64,000 bases of DNA from a virus. The notes under the pieces were generated by a model that did no database searches, had not been told where the DNA came from, and saw nothing but the letters and a program-made list of their open reading frames with translations. The DNA lies in the IMG/VR virus record IMGVR_UViG_3300029989_000016, positions 3,349-67,348 of that record; one strand, given 5' to 3'. This document shows, piece by piece, positions 56,848-64,000 of this stretch; within the stretch, counting starts at the first letter, position 1; the number at the start of each line of letters is the position of its first letter. A program made the translations under genes and the position numbers.

Positions 56848-58068
56848 ATGCAAATCCTGCCTAAAAACGAAACGAACATCATTCGCCGAGCCGCGATCTT
56901 TGACCTGGACGGATGCCTTTTTGACGATGCGTGGCGCGTCCATATGTTCGATCTTACTAAGCCGCACGGCGACGAACGTTATGACCGCTACCACAGCAAT
57001 AGCGGCGGCGATGGTATCCTGCCAGTCGGCGCGGAAGTCCTGCGAGCCTGCTTGGCAACCAATATTTACCCGGTGTTTATTACCGCTCGCCCGGAAAAGT
57101 GGCGCCATATAACCGCCGATAAGCTTAGTTCAGAATTCGAACTGGGCGAGGATTCTGCGGATGACGGATTCAAATGTACGTTGTTGATGCGTGCGGACGG
57201 CGATGCAACCGATACCGTGGAAATAAAGCGTCGGCATGTTGAAACGGTATTACGCGCTGCGCTGGGCGAGGGATACCACATTATCGGCGCATTCGATGAC
57301 CGACAGGACATCATCGATATGTATCGCGGAATCGGAATTCCTGCCGCGATCCTAGATGCAAGCGGCCTTTCGAAGTTCCAGACGGAAGACTACGATGGGC
57401 AGTTTATCGGATTCGTCGGCAAAGTCTTTTATAAAACCCTGCCGCGCCCTGCACCTTCGAAGTCCAGCGAATCGATCACGACCGAAACGCATACGGCTGG
57501 CGCTCTGTCGGTTAGCAAGTCGGTTCACGAAATCAAGTATGATATTGGCAGTCCCGTTGGCAAGAAACTTCACGACTCCATTCAATGCGACGTCAGCCAG
57601 ATCGACTATAGCAAAGTAGATACTGCCGGAATGTACGACGATCCAGCGCAAGGGCCGTCCGTCTTCGGCGTGGCAGTTCCGGGCGTAATGTTCGATATCG
57701 ACGCGCACGCCGAACGCATCGCGCAGCAATCCCCTACCGTGCATCCGGTTGCGGCAGCACTGCGCGGCGATGCCGCAATGTTCGAACAGCGCAATGCGAT
57801 CTGGAAAAGTAACCATGCGCAAGTCGGAGCGATTATGTCGATTCTGTACCCGGAAGGAATCGACCTGACGACGCCCGAAGCGCACCAGAAATATCATATT
57901 CTTTCGCAAGTCGTAGGCAAGCTTTCCCGCTTCGCAGTCAGCGGCAATGCCAGCCGCGATAGCTTGAAAGATATGCGCGTGTATGCCGCGATCCTGGAAG
58001 ACTTGACTTTCCCGGAAGACCATAGCGAGCCACGCGACGCGCACGAAGACGGCAGCGGACGCCTGTGA
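56848..58068 (+). CDS. HAD phosphatase (PNKP-type) fused to an all-alpha nucleotide-modification-associated (DUF6378-like) domain
   Basis: FDLDGCL, FITARPE, LLMRADGD, AFDDR; C-terminal F.QRN......H...KLSRF....DSLKDMRVYAAIL. Confidence 0.75.
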   Translation: MQILPKNETNIIRRAAIFDLDGCLFDDAWRVHMFDLTKPHGDERYDRYHSNSGGDGILPVGAEVLRACLATNIYPVFITARPEKWRHITADKLSSEFELGEDSADDGFKCTLLMRADGDATDTVEIKRRHVETVLRAALGEGYHIIGAFDDRQDIIDMYRGIGIPAAILDASGLSKFQTEDYDGQFIGFVGKVFYKTLPRPAPSKSSESITTETHTAGALSVSKSVHEIKYDIGSPVGKKLHDSIQCDVSQIDYSKVDTAGMYDDPAQGPSVFGVAVPGVMFDIDAHAERIAQQSPTVHPVAAALRGDAAMFEQRNAIWKSNHAQVGAIMSILYPEGIDLTTPEAHQKYHILSQVVGKLSRFAVSGNASRDSLKDMRVYAAILEDLTFPEDHSEPRDAHEDGSGRL

Positions 58069-58406
58069 AACTCGATCCTAACCGGGCCTGCCAGAGCGAA
58101 AACGAAAGGCTTCTGTGGGCTATCCTGCACGACCTAATCGCGCATCCGTTTCTAGCTATCACGCTCTATTCGAAAGTAGGGCGGCGGTTCCACGACTTCA
58201 CGAGTCATAAGGCGTGGCCGCGAGGCGCTGGCGATTACGATCACTTTACCGTAAACAGTACCAGCTTCGGACTCGTGGAAGGCGTAAAGCGCAAGAACGG
58301 AATCTGGACGATTAGCCACCCAGGAATCCGGCACGACGTTACCGTGAAGGCTAAGAGCATGTCAGAGGCGCTGGAGAAGGCCGAGGACTGGTTTAAGACT
58401 CTTTAG
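58065..58406 (+). CDS. Hypothetical protein
   Basis: WAILHDLIAHPFLA...FHDFTS; GTGA overlap. Confidence 0.7.
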   Translation: MKLDPNRACQSENERLLWAILHDLIAHPFLAITLYSKVGRRFHDFTSHKAWPRGAGDYDHFTVNSTSFGLVEGVKRKNGIWTISHPGIRHDVTVKAKSMSEALEKAEDWFKTL

Positions 58407-58495
58407 CCCATATATAAGGCCCGGTGAACGTATCTAGCCGGGCCTTATTGCCGTATAATTGCAGTTCCCATAGAGCAAAATAGAAAGGCAATACT

Positions 58496-59047
58496 ATGTT
58501 GTTTGCTACCCATGACTGGGAGACTACAGGTCTCACGCGTCACCGCGATGCAGAGTTAGATTTACAGCCACGAGCAATCGAGTTCGCTGGCATCATTACA
58601 GACGGAAACGAAATTCTTTTCGAACTGGAATTCATCGTGAATCCAGGAGTGGAAATCGAGCCGATCATTACCAAAATTACCGGCCTAACAAACGAAGACC
58701 TCGCCGACAAACCGAATATTTCGGAATACTTAGGGCGTCTCGGTGACTTCTTCAGCCGCGCAGACGTCGCAGTATCCCATAACCTTTCTTTTGATAAATC
58801 AATTCTCCATTACGACCTCTTGCGGCGCGGCCTTTCTCTGGCTGACGTGCATTGGCCTGCAATCGAGTGCTGCACCGTAGAGCAGACCATGCCGCAGTTC
58901 GGGCGGCGCATGAAGCTGGTAGAGCTTTACGAGCGCCTTATCGGCCCTTACGAGCAGAAGCACAGGGCGTTGGACGACGTTAAATTACTCCATGCAGTCT
59001 GCCAAGTTCTTGGCATTTATGATGCATATAAAGGTGGATCGAAATGA
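58496..59047 (+). CDS. 3'-5' exonuclease, DEDDh (Pol III epsilon-like)
   Basis: DWETTG, HNLSFD, HRALDD. Confidence 0.9.
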   Translation: MLFATHDWETTGLTRHRDAELDLQPRAIEFAGIITDGNEILFELEFIVNPGVEIEPIITKITGLTNEDLADKPNISEYLGRLGDFFSRADVAVSHNLSFDKSILHYDLLRRGLSLADVHWPAIECCTVEQTMPQFGRRMKLVELYERLIGPYEQKHRALDDVKLLHAVCQVLGIYDAYKGGSK

Positions 59048-61869
59048 GCTTTCCAGAAGACTTCCCACAGCTTCGAGTCCGCACCGGCTATTCATTCCGT
59101 AACGTCTACGGGCGGCACGACGAGGTGTTCGCACGCCTTGCGGAACTTGGTTGCACTACTGCCGCAATCGTGGATATGGGCACCTGGGGGCATGCGCGCT
59201 ACGAACAGGCCGCAAAGAAAGCAGGCGTACAGCCTATCTTTGGTGCTGAAATTCCTATTCTCACGTTCGCACCTGACGGTGAAAGCTTCGAAAAGCATAA
59301 GCCTGTTGCGTGGATGCTGGGCGCTTGCATGCGAGCGTTCTATACGGCGTCTTCGGAGTGCGTCCGGGGCAAGGGGCTGACTGCTGACGAGTTCGGGGCG
59401 CTAGAGGGCTGCATACGCTTCCCTGGTGGTGCTATCGATTTGCTCCACCCCGACGATTACGATTATATCGATATCAATCCGGCGTCAATACTGCAAGCGC
59501 ACATAAACATCAACGTAGCGCGGCAGACCGGAAAGCCCATCGTCATAACCGCCTATAACGATATGCCGCGTGAGTCGGACAAGAGTTTCGCATACGCCTG
59601 GGAAGTCCGGGATTCGGTAGGCATGCGCCATATTCCGACACTAAGCGAGCTTTGGGCCGAATTGCAATGCGTGCTTACCCGTGCCGAATTCGACGCTGGT
59701 GTCGCAAATGCGTTCAAGATCGCGGCGTCTATGCAGGGAATGTCTCTGCCTAAAGCGCCTTTGATCCACCTGGACGGCGACCTTATGGCGCTGTGCCGCG
59801 AAGGGCAAGAGTATCGCGTTTCGAAAGGGCACATCGAGTCGTGGGATGAAATTTATGAAGCACGTTTGCACGAGGAAATCGAACAGATCGCCAACAAAAA
59901 ATTTGAGTCCTACTTTTTCGTAGTGGCCGACTTGATCCGCTTCGCAAAGCTGCATATGCTCGTCGGCCCGGCTCGCGGCTCGTCAGCAGGATCGCTGGTT
60001 TGCTATCTGATGGGGATTACGGAAGTTGACCCGCTGCCGCACAAGCTGATTTTCCAGCGCTTTATCGACGTTACCCGCGCCGACTTGCCCGATATCGATA
60101 TTGACTTTGCAGATACAAAGCGTTACATGGTCTTCGATTATCTGAAAGAAAAGTACGGGGCCGCGAACGTCGCAAAGCTTGGCAATATCAACACCCTGAA
60201 AGCGGCATCGGTTATGGCGCAGGTAGGAAAGCAATTCAACATTCCTATCCACGATAATATGAGCGTCCGCAATGCCCTGATCGAATATTCATCGGGTGAT
60301 GAACGTTACGGCAAGGGTTTGCAGGATACTTTCGATACGACTGCACCGGGCCGCGAATTCGCAGCGCGATACGTGGAAGCCTCTAAGTGCATGGGCGACT
60401 TGGAATTGCACCCTTCGCACTCTGGCGTGCATGCGGCGGGTATCATCGTCTGTAATGATGCTATTACAGATTACTGCACCGTCAACGAGGAAGGAATCGC
60501 ACAGATCGATAAGCCGGATTCGGAATATTTGAACCTGCTTAAGATCGATGCCTTGGGACTCCGTACTCTGGGGATTATCGATGATTCCGGCGTCACATCT
60601 TCGGAAGAATTGTACGCCCTGAAGCTGGACGACCCCGAAGTATTTAAGATTCTGGGTGACGATAAAGTCTCTGGCATCTTCCAGTTTGAGGGTGATGCGG
60701 TTCGCTCTGCCACTCGCATGCTCCACGTTGTGGATCGCTTTAGCCTGATCGATAACATTACGGCTCTTGCGCGGCCCGGCCCTCTGTCGTCCGGTATGGC
60801 CGTTAAGTTCATCCACAGAGCAAACGGAGACGAGGCCATAACATATGACGTGCCTGAGTTAGAAAAGTATCTTGGTGAGACGTTCGGAGTTTTCTTGTAT
60901 CAAGAGCAAATTATGTCCGTGGTAAAGGAAATCGGGCAGTTTGACTGGGCTAAGACTTCGGCGATTCGTAAGGCTATTTCGGGCCGCAAAGGTGAGGCAT
61001 TCTTTAACACGATGGGCGAGGACTTCGTTGACGGGGCTATCCGTTCTGGCGTACCGGAGGACAAGGCCAGAATCATCTGGAAAGAAATGGTTACGTTCGG
61101 TGCGTGGGGCTTCAATAAATCTCACTCCGTTTCTTATGCGGTAGTTACGTACTGGACTTGCTGGATGAAGCGTTACCACAAGCTGCCTTTCGCTGCTGCC
61201 TGCCTACGTGCGGCAAAGGACGATGACCAGACCATCGCAATCCTTCGTGAGCTGGCAAAGGAGGGCGTAGAATACACGCCTATCGATCCTGAGTTTTCCG
61301 ACCTTAACTGGAAGGTGGCTGATGGTCGTCTAATCGGCGGCATCTTGAATGCGAAGGGATACGGCCCGGCAAAGGCTCTTGCCTATGTGGAGAAGCGCGC
61401 CGCAGGACTGCTTACGGATAAAGACCGGGAGCGACTTGCCACCGCCGAAGTGCAGTTTTCAGACCTAGCAGAAGCCCATACGAAGTGGGGGCATTACTAT
61501 AAAAACCCTCGCTTGGCTGGCGTCCTGGACGGCTCAGATATCGTCGGTATGAAGACTGTTAATGGCCGCGAAAATTGCCTGTGTATCGGCAAGCTGGTGA
61601 AGAAGGTTTTGGCTGACGAGAACGAGCCTATCCGAGTTAAGAAGCGAGGCGGAACGATGTTTAAGGGGCAGTCGCAGTTCATCGATTTGATGATGCTGGA
61701 CGACTCCACGGACGGTGCTTTCAGGTTCCGTATACGTCCGAATCTGTATATGGAAATGGGCTTAGATATCGCGGAAACAGCCCCTATGGGTTCGTGGTTC
61801 CTGATTCGCGGCTGGAAGATCGATGGAATTGATATGATGATTGTAAAAAAAATTAAAAGGATTGCATAA
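59044..61869 (+). CDS. dnaE: DNA polymerase III alpha subunit (family C)
   Basis: GPARGSSAGSLVCY, F.RF, PDIDIDF, HAAG, KIDALGL, GIFQF, YQEQ, FNKSH. Confidence 0.95.
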   Translation: MSFPEDFPQLRVRTGYSFRNVYGRHDEVFARLAELGCTTAAIVDMGTWGHARYEQAAKKAGVQPIFGAEIPILTFAPDGESFEKHKPVAWMLGACMRAFYTASSECVRGKGLTADEFGALEGCIRFPGGAIDLLHPDDYDYIDINPASILQAHININVARQTGKPIVITAYNDMPRESDKSFAYAWEVRDSVGMRHIPTLSELWAELQCVLTRAEFDAGVANAFKIAASMQGMSLPKAPLIHLDGDLMALCREGQEYRVSKGHIESWDEIYEARLHEEIEQIANKKFESYFFVVADLIRFAKLHMLVGPARGSSAGSLVCYLMGITEVDPLPHKLIFQRFIDVTRADLPDIDIDFADTKRYMVFDYLKEKYGAANVAKLGNINTLKAASVMAQVGKQFNIPIHDNMSVRNALIEYSSGDERYGKGLQDTFDTTAPGREFAARYVEASKCMGDLELHPSHSGVHAAGIIVCNDAITDYCTVNEEGIAQIDKPDSEYLNLLKIDALGLRTLGIIDDSGVTSSEELYALKLDDPEVFKILGDDKVSGIFQFEGDAVRSATRMLHVVDRFSLIDNITALARPGPLSSGMAVKFIHRANGDEAITYDVPELEKYLGETFGVFLYQEQIMSVVKEIGQFDWAKTSAIRKAISGRKGEAFFNTMGEDFVDGAIRSGVPEDKARIIWKEMVTFGAWGFNKSHSVSYAVVTYWTCWMKRYHKLPFAAACLRAAKDDDQTIAILRELAKEGVEYTPIDPEFSDLNWKVADGRLIGGILNAKGYGPAKALAYVEKRAAGLLTDKDRERLATAEVQFSDLAEAHTKWGHYYKNPRLAGVLDGSDIVGMKTVNGRENCLCIGKLVKKVLADENEPIRVKKRGGTMFKGQSQFIDLMMLDDSTDGAFRFRIRPNLYMEMGLDIAETAPMGSWFLIRGWKIDGIDMMIVKKIKRIA

Positions 61870-62296
61870 GATGGCCAACCCAAGAGAAACAAAAGCGCGT
61901 GACGCATTCCGTAAGGCCTCAGAGGGCTTATTCAGATCGTGGCTAGTGGAAAACCAGCTTACTGCTGGTATGTCCGATATTCTTGCGATTAACCGTCGCG
62001 GCACGGTCTTCTGGCTGGAATTAAAAGCGCTGGAAGAATGGCCTATCCGTGAAAATACCATGCCGCTGAAATCTAAGTTTGAGCGCGGCCAGATTCCGTT
62101 CCTGAAAGAATGGTCGAACACGTGGAAGGGTAATGGCTTCGTGCTGCTGCGTGTCGGAACTTCGGAATGGTTCCTGATGTCGCCTCACGACTCTAAGGGC
62201 ATCCCTGTGAAAGAGTTTACGCGTGCTCACTTTGAGTATTGCGCAGTCGTTAAAGGTCTGGAAAATATCGTGAAATATCTGGAGCAATTGGCATGA
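61862..62296 (+). CDS. PD-(D/E)xK nuclease (VRR-NUC / resolvase-like)
   Basis: VEN....GMSD......FWLELK...Q..FL..W...G. Confidence 0.75.
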   Translation: MHKMANPRETKARDAFRKASEGLFRSWLVENQLTAGMSDILAINRRGTVFWLELKALEEWPIRENTMPLKSKFERGQIPFLKEWSNTWKGNGFVLLRVGTSEWFLMSPHDSKGIPVKEFTRAHFEYCAVVKGLENIVKYLEQLA

Positions 62297-63759
62297 AGAC
62301 CAACCCTATGCAGCACCAGAAGAAAGCGCTTGTGGCCATGGAGGGAAAGCGCAATTTCGCCCTGCTGGCCGAACAGGGAACTGGCAAGACCTGGATCACA
62401 ATTGCCGATACTGAGAGGGCTTTTCTGGCGAATAAGATTAACGCGCTTATGGTCATCGCACCTAACGGGGTGCATACGAACTGGGTTCGCCGCGAGATTC
62501 CGACGCACATTTCTGTGCCGGTCTTGATGTACGTTTGGCGCGGCAAGCCGACGAGTAAAAAGGCAATTGCAGAACTGCGAAATTTCATGGAAAAGAAATT
62601 TCCAGATGGTCGTGAGCCTTTGCGCGTCTTTGCCATTAACGTGGAGGCCACAAACTCTCCTGGGGGCTACAACGCCGCCGAAGAGTTCGTCCAGAGCTTC
62701 CGTTGCATCGGAGTGGTGGACGAATCGACGCGCATTAAAAACCCGAACGCAAAGCGAACCCAGAAAGTTATCGCACTGGGCCGTTTCTGCGTGGCGCGGC
62801 GCATCCTTACCGGTACGCCGATGCCGAAAGCCCCTACCGATCTTTACAGCCAGTACGACTTCCTTAAAGAAGGCATTTTAGGCACGTATAGTTACCGGGC
62901 ATTCGTGGTGCAATATGCCGTGCTGCACGATAAGGACTCGCCGCAGATGCAAGCCCTCATGCGCAAGGTAGGGGGTAAGGGAGCTCACGCGCAGCTGGTG
63001 CAGGAGGACGACGCTGGCAACCCTATGTGGAGAAACCTAGACCAGCTGCGCGACCTGATAGCCCCTCACTCTTTCCGCGTGCGCAAGGCGGATTGCCTGG
63101 ACTTGCCGCCGAAGGTCTATAAGGCGATTTACTTCGAAATGACGAGTAAGCAACGGGCCGTTTATGATAAGCTTAAGGAGGACTATCACTACGAGCACGA
63201 CGGAGACGATTTAAGTTTCGAAGCAATCGCCACCCGCACGAAGCTTAAACAGGTAACGTCGGGCTTCATCAATATCTATGGCGAACCGCAGCTTATGGGG
63301 CCGGAAGATAACCCGCGCATGGCAGCGCTGAAAGAGCTTTTCGATATCGTGGATGGGCAGATTATCATCTGGGCCATGTTCGCCGAAGAGATACGCCAGA
63401 TCATGGAAGCTCTTTCCGATGCTGGGATAAGCGCAGTGGCGTACTACGGCGCGACTTCCCGCGAAGACCGCGAGCAGGCTATCGATGACTTCCAGGCGGG
63501 CAAGATAACGGCATTCGTCGGCCACGCGGCGGCGGCTGGCATCGGCATTACGCTTACCGCAGCAGAGACAGCCGTGTACTACTCTTGCAGTCACGATAAT
63601 GAACTTCGCAAGCAATCGGAAGACCGTAATCACCGAATCGGTACGAAAGGGACAGTTACGTATTACGACTTAGTGGCTGAAGATTCGATTGATGAAGAAA
63701 TCATTCGATCACTCGCCGCGAAGACTGCCGTGGCCGATTACGTTATCGATAGCAAATAA
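62293..63759 (+). CDS. SNF2-family helicase
   Basis: EQGTGKT, VDES, LTGTP, R.RK.DCLDLP, GIGITL, QSEDRNHRIG. Confidence 0.92.
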   Translation: MKTNPMQHQKKALVAMEGKRNFALLAEQGTGKTWITIADTERAFLANKINALMVIAPNGVHTNWVRREIPTHISVPVLMYVWRGKPTSKKAIAELRNFMEKKFPDGREPLRVFAINVEATNSPGGYNAAEEFVQSFRCIGVVDESTRIKNPNAKRTQKVIALGRFCVARRILTGTPMPKAPTDLYSQYDFLKEGILGTYSYRAFVVQYAVLHDKDSPQMQALMRKVGGKGAHAQLVQEDDAGNPMWRNLDQLRDLIAPHSFRVRKADCLDLPPKVYKAIYFEMTSKQRAVYDKLKEDYHYEHDGDDLSFEAIATRTKLKQVTSGFINIYGEPQLMGPEDNPRMAALKELFDIVDGQIIIWAMFAEEIRQIMEALSDAGISAVAYYGATSREDREQAIDDFQAGKITAFVGHAAAAGIGITLTAAETAVYYSCSHDNELRKQSEDRNHRIGTKGTVTYYDLVAEDSIDEEIIRSLAAKTAVADYVIDSK

Positions 63760-63847
63760 GTCCAGAAATAAAGCGCCTGAGCCTAAGAAACTCAGGCATA
63801 ATACGTCTACAGCAGCAGAGTATATAACTAGAAAGGAACGAGAAAGC

Positions 63848-64000
63848 ATGAACGCCCCGCGTGTATTTATCCCTCAAATCGTACATCGTTACGACCACCT
63901 CAAACACGATATGGTTCCAGCGTTTGACTTCAGCGCTGCCGCTATGTTTGGCCAGTTGACCCCGATTCTTTCCGCTGGTGAGGATACAGCTTACTTGTGT
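63848..64000 (+). CDS. Hypothetical protein (3' truncated by window)
   Basis: AGAAAGGAA leader; MNAPRVFIPQIV...FDFSAAAMFGQL, open to the window end. Confidence 0.6.
   Translation, partial: MNAPRVFIPQIVHRYDHLKHDMVPAFDFSAAAMFGQLTPILSAGEDTAYLC

Overview
This window is most of the genome of a tailed dsDNA myophage with PB1/BcepF1-like (Lindbergviridae-type) organisation; no integrase or CI-type repressor is visible. From left to right: the 3' end of a DNA ligase and a few + strand genes (1-2550); a long minus-strand morphogenesis block (M15 peptidase endolysin, tail fibre, baseplate, tape measure with SLT domain, tube, sheath, neck, capsid, protease/scaffold, minor head, portal; 2609-26979); TerL (29156-30535) embedded among + strand early-type small genes that carry repeated promoter elements (27190-40361); a minus-strand ORF-poor RNA cluster with 3 tRNAs, a C4-like RNA and several tRNA-sized CCA-ended modules (41050-42502); a probable TerS, an AT-rich origin-like region, a VapE-type helicase and a RepB-type primase (42644-47380); and a + strand replication and nucleotide block (GHKL ATPase, Dda/RecD helicase, flavoprotein, ASCH-like, non-canonical ThyX, HAD fusion, DEDDh exonuclease, DnaE, nuclease, SNF2 helicase). 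The most unusual items are the tRNA-like ncRNA array, the candidate nucleotide-modification cluster, two homologous IHF-site-rich AT-rich elements 20 kb apart, and a pyrophosphatase-like domain fused to the portal. All family calls come from motif recognition by eye, with no database searches.
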